A stretch of 44,338 bases of DNA from Octopus sinensis (lineage: Eukaryota), in NCBI RefSeq assembly GCF_006345805.1, contig NW_021835158.1, forward strand, positions 1 through 44,338, written 5' to 3'. Under the pieces are notes generated by a model, which was not told the DNA's origin, searched no databases, and saw only the letters and a list, made by a program, of their open reading frames with translations. The position numbers and the translations under genes were made by a program. Position 1 is the first letter of the stretch, and each line of letters starts with the position of its first letter. Positions 1 to 13,010 of this stretch are shown here, piece after piece.

Positions 1-38
<38 letters not shown>

Positions 39-198
39 GGCACAAGAGTGGCTGTGTGGTAAAAAGCTTGCTTCCCATTCACATGGTCCGGGTTCAGTCC
101 CACTGCGTGACAGCTTGTGCAAGTGTCCTCTACTATGGCTTCGGGCCCATTCAAAGCCTGTGAGTGGTTTGGTAGACGGAAACTGAAAGAAGCCCGTC

Positions 199-265
<67 letters not shown>

Positions 266-503
266 GTATATGTATATATATATTATTTATGTATGTATTT
301 GTATCCCTGTGTTGTCCCTCACCATCGCTTGACAACCATTGTTGGTGTGTTTACGCCCCTGTATCTTAGCGATTCGATAAAACAGACCGATAGAATGAGT
401 ACTAGGCTTACAAAGAATAAGTCCTAGGGTCGATTTCTTCCTCTAAAGGCGGTGCTGCAGCATGGCCGCAATCAAATGACTGAAACAAGTAAAAGAATAA
501 AAG
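39..503 (+). mobile_element. tRNA-derived SINE, family A, full length with internal (TA)n microsatellite
   Basis: Head GAGTGGCTGTGTGG (A-box-like) and GGTTCAGTCCC (B-box-like); body ...GTAGACGGAAACTGAAAGAAGCCCGTCG, then (TA)n, then a 3' half ending CAGCATGGCCGCAATCAAATGACTGAAACAAGTAAAAGA. Many homologous copies in the window. Confidence 0.9.
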
Positions 504-610
504 AAAACACACACATGCGTATGTATATTGAACAAGTGTGCGCACGCTTGAGTGTTTGTGTATGTGTGCGTGTATGTGTGTGTGTGTGCATGTGTGTGAG
601 TGTATGTGTC

Positions 611-660
<50 letters not shown>

Positions 661-731
661 TGAAACACACAAATATATCTTCTACTGAAATAGAATATTC
701 TCAACTGGAAACCGAAACTACGACCTGGTCC

Positions 732-1159
732 GGATCTTTTCGGTTTGAACGGCAGTTTTTTAAAATAATTTCCACGTAACTAAACACTTTTAAACTTCGT
801 ATACTGGTAGAATATGTTTATAAAACATCTTTTCCCCTTGGCTTTATTGAGAAAATTCTATAGTTTGTAAGATAGTTGTTGTTGTTTTTCTTCAATTTCT
901 GCAATTTCAACCAATCAATGACGTCTATTGAGGTGAAAACATTCTATGCCGTATGAAAATGTCCCTCGTTTAAGAAACAGATTGGGTTTATTTACATTTC
1001 TGAAGAAAAATAGATACCTTTCCCCCACCCCTAACCCTAACTCTAACCCTAACCCTAAAATAGATTGAAATGCAATAGATCGATACTAGGCTCATAATTA
1101 TGGGTGACAATTTCATATGACACCGCTAGAAAAAACTGCCGTTCAAACCGAAAAGATCC
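732..1159. mobile_element. MITE (non-autonomous DNA transposon), Merlin-like termini
   Basis: Perfect 30-bp TIR GGATCTTTTCGGTTTGAACGGCAGTTTTTT (732-761; reverse complement at 1130-1159); 8-bp TSD CCTGGTCC at 724-731 and 1160-1167. GG termini plus an 8-bp TSD fit Merlin; the superfamily is an inference. Confidence 0.9.
1029..1058. repeat. Interstitial telomere-type repeat (CCCTAA)x5 inside the MITE
   Basis: CCCTAA CCCTAA CTCTAA CCCTAA CCCTAA read directly. Confidence 0.85.
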
Positions 1160-1970
1160 CCTGGTCCTTGTTTGCTGGGGCGGTACTAAAACTGGACCCT
1201 GATTTAATAGAAAATTGAGGAACATGAATTTATAAGCGTTATCGTCAGTTTCAAATTTCTAGAAGGAACGATTTCTGGTAATGTTAATTGAAGGTAAGGA
1301 TGCGACCGGCGGTAGTGAAGCCAATACCATTTCCGGTCGTTGTTGTCGACTTAGCCGTCTGCCGTTGTTTAGTTTAGCAATAATAAACAGAAAAAGGAGG
1401 CAGCACTCACCTGACGTTTGGCAGTTATCCATAAGGGGTCTCCATCATCCCACCAGTAGCTGTCATATTGTTCCCGATTGAAACCTAACAAAAACTCGGT
1501 CTTATGTTTTGGGTCATACATCTTATTATCGATAAATCCATGATCTTCGGAATATAAACCTGAAAAATAGGTAACATAATAAATATATATAACATGTATA
1601 GAACATGTAACAAAATAACGATTGAATATGAGATAAGTGACAGCATATGTAAGAGTAAGTAAAATTCAAAATGGAAGACGGAAAGCGGTAAGTGTTAACT
1701 TCATCAAGAAATAACTCATGACAACGCAGAATATGCGAGAGAATACATAACACAATATGAAAGACAATACAGAATAAGACCACATGACAGAGATATGTAA
1801 AAGATGTAATGTAAGAGGAAAGAGGATATGGAATATAATACGTGTCAGAATATACAACAGAATATGTAATGCGATATACGATTTCGTTTGTTAAACATTA
1901 GAAACAGAGATGTACAGTAGCAATTAGTGTTGGCTAAAACCAGTTTAATTATCAAAGAAACATTTACAGA

Positions 1971-1996
1971 GGCGCAGGAGTGGCTATGTGGTAAGC
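1971..1996 (+). mobile_element. SINE family A 5' stub
   Basis: GGCGCAGGAGTGGCTATGTGGTAAGC matches the family head and then breaks off. Confidence 0.65.
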
Positions 1997-2894
1997 TCAT
2001 CCCTCATGAATAGCACCCACATACAAACCCCTATGATCATTACCACATAATCCTTATATATCTCTATAATTCTTATTTCTACCTTATGCCCCACTTCATT
2101 TCTATCTACCTTACCTCATCACACTAAGAGGTAAATAATAATTCTTTAATTTATCCTTAATTTATTTTTAAACCTTAACCCAATAAACCCCCTAATATAA
2201 ACCCCCTAACTCTAACTCCCATTTATAAATAATTTAACATTCAACTAGCTCTTCCTTTCTTGAGTACCTACATACCCACAACCCCGTCGCTAAAAGTAAC
2301 TCTGCACCCACTGACCTTAGCCAGAACGGACACAAGCAATTACTACTAAATTTCCTCCCCAACAACTTTAGACTTTGAGACCACCAGACATCTACTACTC
2401 TCTTTAAATTCCTCTCATTTTGCTCTATTTTTACCCTATCCTCCTCTGTCTTATCTTCTCGGCTACTTCGCACCCAAATCTTAGACACCATACATCTATG
2501 CACCTTACTTTATCCTATAGCCAATCCTTAAAATCCCACCCACCTCGCTCTATCTACCTCTCTTTCTATTTCATACCTTTTCTTTACCACTTAATAGCCA
2601 CCTCCGCTACCATTCTGTTATTGAACGTTGATATGTTCGTATCTTTTTTCTATTACAGGATTTTAACCCACATGGATATACGCAGGATTGCACCAAGGAC
2701 TTACGCTCATGGATCTACGCAAAATTGCACCTAAAGACTCATGCTCTGGTTTCTATACCACCGCAAAGTTGAACTATGAATTTTTATGCATCTCTTTTCT
2801 CTTTTTTTCCCATCTCCTTATTCCTTTACTCCCGTACTCTATGTCGTCATCATATTAATGTATAGCATTCTGATTTTCCACATTTTTTCCCTAT

Positions 2895-2952
2895 TTGTCA
2901 CTGATGACGGAATATCCTATACTCGGAGATATCACAGAAACAGCTGTAAGAT
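2895..2952 (+). ncRNA. Degenerate type-I hammerhead ribozyme motif
   Basis: CTGATGA (2901-2907), stem II ATATC/GATAT, GAAA (2937-2940), palindromic stem III ACAGCTGT, GTA triplet (2946-2948). Stem I is mismatched (GTCA/AGAT), so probably inactive. Confidence 0.7.
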
Positions 2953-3017
2953 TTTGAATTCCTTCCTATAATAAGATTTTGAATTCCTTCCTATAATAAG
3001 ATTTTGAATTTCTTCCT
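2947..3017 (+). repeat. 25-bp tandem repeat x2.8
   Basis: TAAGATTTTGAATTCCTTCCTATAA twice plus a partial third copy, starting at the HHR cleavage site. Confidence 0.9.
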
Positions 3018-3255
3018 TGAATACGACTTGAGAGCCGTCCTGTTTAACAATTATATCTCCGCTGCATCGGAAATCTGCAATGGCCCCATAACTGCCGTCT
3101 CGGCTATAACCTTGGAGCCCTAGTAATCCGGTACAGCACTTACCTAGCGTACCTAATCGTTTAGATCACCTGTGAACGAAACCGCCATACTTTGTATATA
3201 TATATATTGGCATTAGGAAGAGAATCCAGTCGTAAAAAGCATGCCAAAGGTGACA

Positions 3256-3297
<42 letters not shown>

Positions 3298-3358
3298 ATA
3301 TATGTATGTGTATACATATATATATACATAGGTATATATATAATATATATCTATATAT

Positions 3359-3400
<42 letters not shown>

Positions 3401-3437
3401 TATATAAAAACGTAGGATATCAGTAAGTTGTCATAGT

Positions 3438-3494
3438 TGTACTCTAAGTTTCAAATACCGGAGAGGAAAGCTTCTAGGCATTTTTCATCAGTTA
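3438..3494 (-). ncRNA. Type-I hammerhead motif, left arm of inverted repeat, stem I degenerate
   Basis: Minus strand reads TAA-CTGATGA-AAAAT...ATTT-GAAAC-TTAGA-GTA-CAAC; core intact, stem I mispaired. Confidence 0.65.
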
Positions 3495-3517
3495 TTTAAG
3501 ACATAGCATTCTTGTTT

Positions 3518-3581
3518 TAATAACTGATGAAAAATGACCAGAAGCTTTCTGCTCCGATATTTGAAACTCTGAGTATTATTA
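3518..3581 (+). ncRNA. Type-I hammerhead ribozyme, structurally intact
   Basis: Stem I TAATAA (3518-23)/TTATTA (3576-81); CTGATGA 3524-30; stem II AAAT/ATTT enclosing a CAGAA-GCT-TTCTG hairpin; GAAA 3563-66; stem III ACTC-T-GAGT; GTA cleavage triplet 3573-75. Confidence 0.8.
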
Positions 3582-4314
3582 TGACAACTTACTGATTGTC
3601 CTATATTATATATATATTCACACACACACATACATGCATGCATACATACATACATACATACATAGCATATGAGTCTGTATACATTATATACTCATAACTC
3701 ATGCTATGTTGCTACTTTATATTAATGTAGTAGAATTAGTGAAGTATTAGTATTAGCTTTGTTGGCAATCCACATTCCACAGAAAAACGTACGGTCTTAT
3801 GCTAACGTCTAAAAAATGTGTGTGTGAGTGCGTGTGTGTGTGTGTGTGTACACGTGTATCTTTCTCGCTCCATCTCATCACACTCACACACATACACACA
3901 TACACACGCACGCACAAATGCAACGTTAAAACCATGTACTTTAATATATGTTTCTCACTTGGAATATACTGATAGTATAATAAATTAAATTTTCACATAT
4001 ATGAAATTTGAAACAAACAAACAAACGAACAAATAAATTCTATGCCCAGCGGCAGCAGAGCCTTTACGAGTTTCGGATAAGATATTTTTTTTTAGATTTT
4101 CTGCTATTTGTTGTTGTTTATATCTATTTTTCATCACGATACATAGAATGACATACATAGCTTTGTAATTTAATTAGCGCTCTCATCCTTTCTCTCTTTC
4201 ACTGCTTTTCTCTTTATCTGTCTGTCTGTCTGTCTGCTTTTGATTCTTTCTTTCTTGAGTTTCTGTCTTTCTCTTTTTTGAAAGTACAGTCTTAAAGGGT
4301 ACATAAATATGTAA

Positions 4315-4315
4315 T

Positions 4316-4387
<72 letters not shown>

Positions 4388-4680
4388 CACACACACACAC
4401 GCACGCACACGCACACACACATACATACACACACACACGCATACACACACACATACACACACACACATACACACATACACACACACACATACGCACACAC
4501 ACATACACATACACACATACACACACATACACACACACACACGCAAACACACGCACGCACACACACATACATACACACACACACATACACACACATACAC
4601 ACACACACATACACACACGCACACACATACACACACGCACACACATACACACACATACATACACACACACACATACATTC
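4315..4680. repeat. Imperfect (CA)n microsatellite
   Basis: Direct reading. Confidence 0.95.
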
Positions 4681-4816
4681 ATAAATGCATATGGTAGGAA
4701 CGCTGGGATTAATGTGTTGCTGCGCAAGGTGACTATTTCGAAGGAGATTCTGTTAAAACTTAGGTAATAAGTTTTTTTTTATTAAGCATGAATCCGGGAA
4801 CCTTTTGATAGTATCT

Positions 4817-5052
<236 letters not shown>

Positions 5053-5187
5053 GAGATAAACCGCACAAAGGCACTCTTATCCAAAGAAGGAGACAAATTG
5101 CACCTTCATATTCCACACACATCGTGGAAAACACGCAAAAAAAAACAATTAATATAAGTAATAAACAAAAAACAAGAAGAACAGAAA

Positions 5188-6117
5188 ATGCACCGCAGGA
5201 AAAAATCGATAAATGTCTTCGTCCTGTATGGGACTCCAGGAATATATCAGTTGGGGAAACAAATTTGGTACAGTCCAAGTACGTTTCCTCAACGAAAGTT
5301 TAGCAAAACGTTCTTCCACATTGGAGCTACATTCGGACGACTTGGTAATGATACCAGTCTATTTAAACAAAGGGTCACGAAAGTCCAAATAAAAAACATA
5401 CCATTTGATGTCGAAACAACATGGGTGGTCTCTGCCATCTGCTTTGAAATGTCAGAGACAATGTCAGAGACAAAAATCCTGGAAATCGCGGTTCTAGGAG
5501 AGAAAGACTATGTGGGCAAATCAATCGAATTCCTGCTTCAATTGGGATGAAGCAGCAGCAAGAGAGAAGATACCCACCGCTATAGAACTGCCAGGAGGCT
5601 ACAAACTCTATATAGTGGTAGAGGGCAGGCGACCACGCTGCTATTTGTGTGGAAGCGAAACACACTTGAAAAAGACGTGCCCAACCACTGCACACCAAGA
5701 GCAACAACAACAACCACTACCACAACCAAAGCACTCCGGCGGAAAAAAAGCTCTACTACCCACACCCAACCATCAACACAGAAGACGACAAGAGAAGCAC
5801 ACCAAGCTAATCCGTCATCAACCAAAAACCACTCGACACCTGGAAAAATACCAACACTACCATCAACAGCAAAACCCAAAGGAACAGAAAAACAAAGAAA
5901 ACACACACAAAAACTGATCCCCCATCCCTTATACCGCACTCAACACACACAAACACTCAACAACCAACAACAACGAAAACAACCAACACAACCACTTACA
6001 CAGACATACATAGAAGCCCCCACAAACATACCCCTACCCCCTTCTGATTCCTCAGAAATTTCGTCGGAAGACGAAACCAGTGAGGAATGGCAAATAGCTA
6101 CAAAAGAAGGAAAATAA
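5188..6117 (+). pseudogene. LINE ORF1 (gag-like, zinc knuckle), frameshifted
   Basis: RRPRCYLCGSETHLKKTCP (CX2CX4HX4C) in ORF 5510-5917; overlapping ORFs 5188-5550 and 5647-6117; T/Q/P-rich C-terminal part. Confidence 0.85.
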
Positions 6118-6554
6118 AGAGCAGAAACACAACCAAACCAAATGCAAACACGAACAAAGCAGGGGGAAATACATCTCCCGAAGACATTTCAAAACCCCAA
6201 CGCAAACAACAGCCACACCAAACACCACAAAAACATATACAGCAAACATGCTCACAGCCATAGACACCAAAAACACAAATTTGATGGAATACATCCAATC
6301 AAAACAAACATAACAGAAGATGACATAAAAACAAACAACCACCCATACACAACACCACCAGACCACATCAAAATAATACACATCTCAAAAGTCTGCACCA
6401 CACACTCAAAGGCATTTTCCCCAGTGCGGTTGGTAAATGCCAAAAAATCTCACAAAGAAACTGTACTGGGATCTTCTCGAGGACAAACCAACGGAGGAGA
6501 AAGCAAAAACTTTCGAGCAGTAAGTAACCCTCTGTATTCTAATTCATTAGAACT

Positions 6555-9500
6555 ATGATCAAGATTGGTTGTGTAAATGCGCGTGGCTTGGGGTCCCCTT
6601 GGAAACAAGGGTACCTCTTAAATGACATAAAGTCACATAAGTTAGAAATCATAGCATAAGCGAGACCAGACTCCACAATCCGCGGGCCCTAAAGACCATG
6701 TTTGGCGGACAGTTCAACATTTTTTTTCCCCCTGTCTGCCGAGAATGGGCGGTAGTGGCACCGCGGTACTTTTTCACAAGAGTCTGGATCTCAATGTAAG
6801 GACAATATTCGTAGACCCGGAGGGTAGACTGGTCGTCCTGGATGTCGACGGCAGCAATGGGTGCGCTTTTCGGCTCGTATCAGTTTACGCACCCGCCCTT
6901 AACAGGTCGGGCGGATTTCTTTCAACGTCTAGAAGTTTTCTTGGGAACGTCTCGTCCTTTACTCTTAGTGGGGGATTGGAATGCTACCTTGGACACGCAT
7001 GTAGACTACGTGGGTAGAGATAGGAATAGACGGGATGCAAATGCCTCAGAGACCTGCAAGACGCTTTCAACTGTCTGACAGGTTCCGACTAGCACCCGAA
7101 TGCGCCAACGTGGACATGGAGCAACCGCATCGGGTCGTCGAGATCGTATCTAGATAGGATACTGTGTAGGACAGTAGATAGAAATAGCATAGGATGTCCA
7201 CAATTCCACATAGTCAGCTACACGGATCACAAACTTGTGACATGTACGCTAGACTTAGGTAAGACACTTAGGCAGGGTCCCGATACTGGAAACTAAACGC
7301 GTCTTTCCCATCGAGACAAGTTTTCAGAGACCGGATTAGCACACTAGTAAAGAGGCTTTGACGGGAGCCATCATCAACAACAAATGGTGGTTTGCCCTCA
7401 AGAGAGCAGTAAAAGCAGAAAGCGATTAGGTACAGCAAAGCATAGCCATAGATAGAAATAGAGTAGAGGGTGAGCTAGTTAAGAAGCTAGAAGAGGCAAT
7501 TAGAAGCGGCATCGCATCCGACGTTTTGGCGGCGAGGTTGGCCCTCGACCAACACTTCAACGCCAACACGAAGGATGTGCTGTCAGAGCTAGGATGCGTG
7601 CTCTAAGGAACGAAGGTGTTGGAGCCGCGAGAGAGGCCCGGGTGGCAGAGGCGCAACAGGGCAACAAAGCCACCATTCGGTCACTGGTAGATGATGAACA
7701 GGGGCGCGAATTGCTCGAGCCAAGTTAAAATGTGTGAGGCCTTTCAGCAGCATTTTGCCCGACTGTTCGGAACGAGTGGAGGGCAAGAACGTAGGGTGGA
7801 CTTCAGTGCCTACCTACATAGCCTACCACGACTCTCGACAAGAAAGGCAGGGTGCTGCGAAGGTGCCATCACGGCGGCGGAAGTGCGGGGGAAGCGATGG
7901 CAGAATGCTCGAGGGACAAATCACCGGGTTTGGATGGTCTACCCTACGAGCTTTACAATTGTATGCCAGACTTGTTGGAGATCTTTGGCGGCGGTGTACT
8001 GCAACTGCAGCAAACGGGAGCATTCCTGGTTTTGTGAGCCGAGGAGCCGTAACACTGCTGAAGAAAGATCTAAACAAGGGAAATGTAATAGATAACTTTA
8101 GGCCCATCACTCTGCTTAATGCAGACTTGAAATTTTGGCCAAGGTGCTAGCCAAGAGGTTGGCGCTTGTCATCGAGAAACTGGTCGACAAGGCGCAAACA
8201 TGCGCCGTGCCAGGCCGGACCATCCATGACAAACTCCATCTGATGCGCTACATCATAGACAGGGTAGTTAACGAACCTGGCATGGGTGGGGCCCTGATCA
8301 ACTTGGATCAATCAAAAGCCTTTGATAGGGTAGACCATCGATACTTGGAGGCAGTCCTGAGAGCGGCTGGTTTCGGTCCCGTCTTCCGCGGCTGGATAGC
8401 TGCCTGTACAGAGGCATCCGTTCGGTAATTCGCGTAAATGGACATCTATCGAGACCTTTCGACATTGCACGTTCGGTCCGTCAGGGATGCCCCCTCTCGG
8501 CGCTTCTATACGTATTGACTCTTGAGCCACTATGCGGAAGCTGGCGACTCTAAGGGGCATCCCGCGAGAATTGGGATGCGGGACGAGCGTGTCTGCATAC
8601 GCGGACGACGTCACCGTCATAGTGTCTAGCCACGAGCACATCGAGCTGGTCGGCGAGACACTGAAAAACTACGAAGCGGTGACAGGAGCGAAAATCAACC
8701 GGGAAAAGTCAGTGGGCTTGCGACTAGGCACCTGGAGAAGCAAGCCCATGCCGTCCACCAGCGCTCCGTCGTGGGACGCTGGACCGACGGCCCGGTTGAG
8801 TTGCTCGGGGTCTGGTTTGGTCGGACCTCCAAGTGGAGAAGAACTGGAACGAGATAACGAGTAGGTGGTCACTCTCGCCCGGCAATGGGCCGAGAGGAAA
8901 CTGTCCCTAAAAGGTCGAGCGGAGGTGGCGAACACGTACATCGCGTCCGTCATCTACTACCGCCTGACCGTCGTACCTTGTCCCGACCCTACCATCACCA
9001 AACTACAACGCATCCTCTTTCGCTTCTTGTGGAAAGGATGCGTCCCGATGGTCAGGCGATCCATTGCTGTCAACACCCGTTAAAAGGAGGGCTGGGCATG
9101 CCGTGGTTGATGATGCGCAGACACGCGCTGAGACTGCGACATCTCTGGCTCTATGTAGACGACGGTGAACAGGTGTGGTCGCCGTTTTGTGAGGCACGCT
9201 TTCCCGCAGCTCGTCTCCATGACCGAACTGCAGTCGTGGATCAAAAAGAGGCCGAGGAAGGGCGAATGGCACCGCGAGTGTCGCGTTGCTCTCAAGCAAC
9301 TCTGCCGTCCTGGGTCGACCTTAAGTGACTTCAACACAACCAAAGCATTCTATAGGGGTTTAGTGGGGGGGAGGTACGACGACGAGCTCGGGGCGAACCT
9401 GGACGTCGACGAGGAGTACCTGACCCGCCTGTTCGGGACGACTTTCGGGCCAGGCCCATGACAACTTCCAGAGATCCCTGGCCTGGCAGTGCTACCGAGA

Positions 9501-9973
9501 AGCGCTACCCTTCGGGATAAGCTCTACAGACACGGCTCGAGAAACACGGGGCCGACCTGCCCGAGATGCGGTCAGAACGACGAAACCGTTCTGCACGCAC
9601 TCGTTCAGTGTCCAACAATTTCCGACCTGTGGGCTTATGTCGAACAACTGCTGTCACGTGTGGGACGAGTCGGTTTATCAGCTGAGTCTATCGTCAATAT
9701 TGTCACGCCTCCTTCCTTCAAACGGGAAGGAAGAGCTATTTTCATCATCCTGTGGCTATGGCGAAAGAATGTATCTGGTGGACGCGTCTGAAAGGATTGG
9801 AGACAAACACTTTCCTCTCTGGTCAATCTCTCATCAACTTCTTCAAGTACCACTTGAAAGGAAAGTGAGAGTAGAGCGGCAAGTTTTGTCTAGCGAATGT
9901 TTTAAAAAAAGATGGGTGAATTAGCAAGAATGGCACGTATGAATGACCGAAGCCACCTTCAGCATAGTCCTAT
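6555..9973 (+). pseudogene. LINE ORF2 (APE endonuclease-reverse transcriptase), multiple frameshifts
   Basis: MIKIGCVNARGL (6555), LLVGDWN, YTDH, FRPITLLNAD, LDQSKAFDRVDH, RQGCPLS, YADD (8598-8609), LSLKGRAEV, CPRCGQNDETVLHALVQC. Confidence 0.95.
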
Positions 9974-10008
9974 GAACCCAGAAATCAAAAACAGAGAGTT
10001 GCTTATTT

Positions 10009-10042
<34 letters not shown>

Positions 10043-10391
10043 AATATAAAATGTGACTTCATTGACCGAGGTTACCGTGGTCTTTTCCGCAGGCTTTTCT
10101 TTCCACGGGTAAACCTCACCTGTCCCCCCTTTACACTTCATATTGACATTTCTGTGAAAACGATCCCTATTGATCATTTTTTTTTCCTCTCCCCCCCCTT
10201 TTTTATTTTTTTATTTTTTTTTTTTTTAACCCCCCTTATTTTTGTCCTCTTCTCTCCTTTTACGACCTTTTGATCGAACCTCCCCCTTCCTTTTTTTTTT
10301 TTTTTTTTTTTTTTTTAATACCTTCAAAGAAAAGCTCTACCTGTAATTTGTTCTATCTGTGTGCAGCCCTGTGTGGCTAATAAAGAAAAAA

Positions 10392-10430
10392 TCATCTATC
10401 TATCTATATTATCTATCTATCTGTCTGCTG

Positions 10431-10481
<51 letters not shown>

Positions 10482-10496
10482 GTCTGTCTATCTATC

Positions 10497-10556
<60 letters not shown>

Positions 10557-10597
10557 GTCTGTCTATATATCTATCTATCTATCTATCTATCTGTCTG

Positions 10598-10657
<60 letters not shown>

Positions 10658-10658
10658 C

Positions 10659-10694
<36 letters not shown>

Positions 10695-10735
10695 TTACCT
10701 ATCTATCTATCTATCCATCTTTCTATCTACCTACA
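10392..10735. repeat. (TATC)n microsatellite, 3' flank of LINE
   Basis: Direct reading; begins immediately after the LINE A tail. Confidence 0.95.
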
Positions 10736-11280
10736 CACACGTACACACACACACACATATATATATAAACACACATACATTATATATACATACACACACA
10801 TATTAAGTATGTTTGCAAATATACAAAAATTATATATATACACATATATTAAGTATATTTACAAATATATAAAAATTATACACACACACACTCACTCACA
10901 CATACATGCAATGTGCAATGGGCACAAAAACACCTGTATGCATATATATATATATATGTATACAAGTGTGTGTGTGTCTGTGTGCGTGTATGTGTGTGCG
11001 TGTGTGTGTTTGTGTGTGTGTGTACATATAAGTGCAGGTATGTTTATGTGTGTTTGTGTATGTAAGTATGTGTGTCCGTCTGTATACGCGCGCGCCTGTG
11101 CGCACATGTTCATACTTAAGCATTGAATTATCTGCTTCCTTAAACTTTAGTTTCGTTCATAAACTAAATTAAATCATTTCTAGTGTTTCTTATAAACGAC
11201 TGTTATAAGTGTTTCCAACCAATTTTACTATTGTACATAGTTTACGAATGACATAGCGACTGACAAATAGAATTAGTGTC

Positions 11281-11281
<1 letters not shown>

Positions 11282-11312
<31 letters not shown>

Positions 11313-11694
11313 TATATATATTGTGTGTGTGTGTAATATATATATATATAATATATATATATATATGGATGATGTATGTATATAAGTATATGTGTGTGCG
11401 CGCGCGTGCGTACACTCACATTTATATATATATACATAATAGAGTGTATATATATGAATGTACATATACACATATATTTTAATATATATATATATTATAT
11501 TTATATATATATATATAATATATATATTATATATATATTATGTGTGTTGTGTGTGTGTGTATTTATATATATATATATATGGATGAATGTATGTAATATA
11601 AGTATATGTGTGTGCGCGCGCGTGCGTACACTCACATTATATATATATTACATAATAGAGTGTATATATATGAATGTACATATACACATATATT

Positions 11695-11755
<61 letters not shown>

Positions 11756-11945
11756 GTGTGTGTGGGTGTGTGTGTGTGTGTATATATATATGTGTGTGTG
11801 TGTGGTGTGTATATATATATATATATATATTATATGGATGAATGTATGTATATATAAGTATATGTGTGGTGCGCGCGCGTGGCGTACACTCACATTTATA
11901 TATATATACATAATAGAGTTATATATGAATGTACATATACACATA

Positions 11946-11988
<43 letters not shown>

Positions 11989-12328
11989 GTGTGTGTGTGG
12001 GTGTGTGTGTGTGTATGTGTGTGTATATATCTATATATATATGGATGAATGTATGTATATATAAGTATATGTGTGTGCGCGCGCGTGCGTACACTCACAT
12101 TTATATATATACATAATAGAGTGTATATATAGAATGTACATATACACATATATTTATATATATATATATATATATAATATGTGTGTGTGTGTGTGGTGTG
12201 TATATATATATATATATGGATGAATGTATGTATATATAAGTATATGTGTGTGCGCGCGCGTTGCGTACACTCACATTTATATATACATATACAACAGAGT
12301 GTATATATATGAATGTACATATACACAA

Positions 12329-12411
<83 letters not shown>

Positions 12412-12523
12412 GGATGAATGTATGTATATATAAGCATATGTGTTGCGCGCGCGTGCGTACACTCACATTTATATATATACTATAATAGAGTGTTATATAT
12501 GAATGTACATATACACATATATT

Positions 12524-12605
<82 letters not shown>

Positions 12606-12731
12606 GGATGAATGTATGTATATATAAGTATATGTGTGTGCGCGCGCGTGCGTACACTCACATTTATATATATATACATAATAGAGTGTATATATATGAA
12701 TGTACATATACACATATATTTATATATATAT
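11282..12731. repeat. Minisatellite of ~190-255 bp units built from microsatellite blocks (about 7 units)
   Basis: Anchor GGATGAATGTATG...GTGCGCGCGCGTGCGTACACTCACATTT...AATAGAGTGTATA recurs near 11367, 11581, 11837, 12043, 12218, 12412 and 12606, separated by variable (TA)n/(TG)n. Confidence 0.9.
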
Positions 12732-12912
12732 GAGTGAGAGACAGTTGTGGTGAAAGAGTACAGCAGGGTTCACCACCACCCACTGCCGGAGCCTCGAGGA
12801 GCTCTAGGTGCTTTCGCTCAATAAACTTTCACAATACCCGGTCTGGGAATTGAAACCGCGATCCTATGACCACGAGTCCACTACCCTAACCACTGGGCCA
12901 TTGCACCTCCAC
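12732..12912 (-). mobile_element. tRNA-derived SINE, family C
   Basis: Minus strand GGAGGTGCAATGGCCCAGTGGTTAGGG...GGTTTCAATTCCCAGACC (A and B boxes); homologous copy at 42244-42428. Confidence 0.85.
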
Positions 12913-12979
12913 ACATACATACATACATCCATATATACGTACATACATCCATCCATCCATACATACATACATACATACA

Positions 12980-13010
<31 letters not shown>

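Larger units (their letters stand above)
1997..3190 (+). mobile_element. Degenerate Penelope-like element pseudo-LTR/UTR region
   Basis: C/T/A-biased sequence with weak similarity to the reverse complement of the PLE 3' region near 14340-14420; contains an HHR motif at 2901; the downstream segment (~3115-3160) resembles the sequence downstream of the minus-strand HHR at ~35950-36000. Confidence 0.45.
5053..10391 (+). mobile_element. Non-LTR retrotransposon, L1/Tx1 clade, near full length, frameshifted
   Basis: ORF1 with CCHC knuckle; ORF2 with APE endonuclease, RT and C-terminal Cys/His motif; pyrimidine-rich 3' UTR, AATAAA (10379-84) and a short A tail; (TATC)n on both sides. Confidence 0.95.

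Noticed and set aside
39-120. tRNA genes at SINE heads (also 12840-12912, 42350-42428, 42881-42970)
   Set aside because: They have A/B boxes but continue into SINE bodies and lack a complete cloverleaf.
1029-1058. True telomere or chromosome-fusion scar
   Set aside because: Only five units, one degenerate, and enclosed within a TIR/TSD-bounded MITE.
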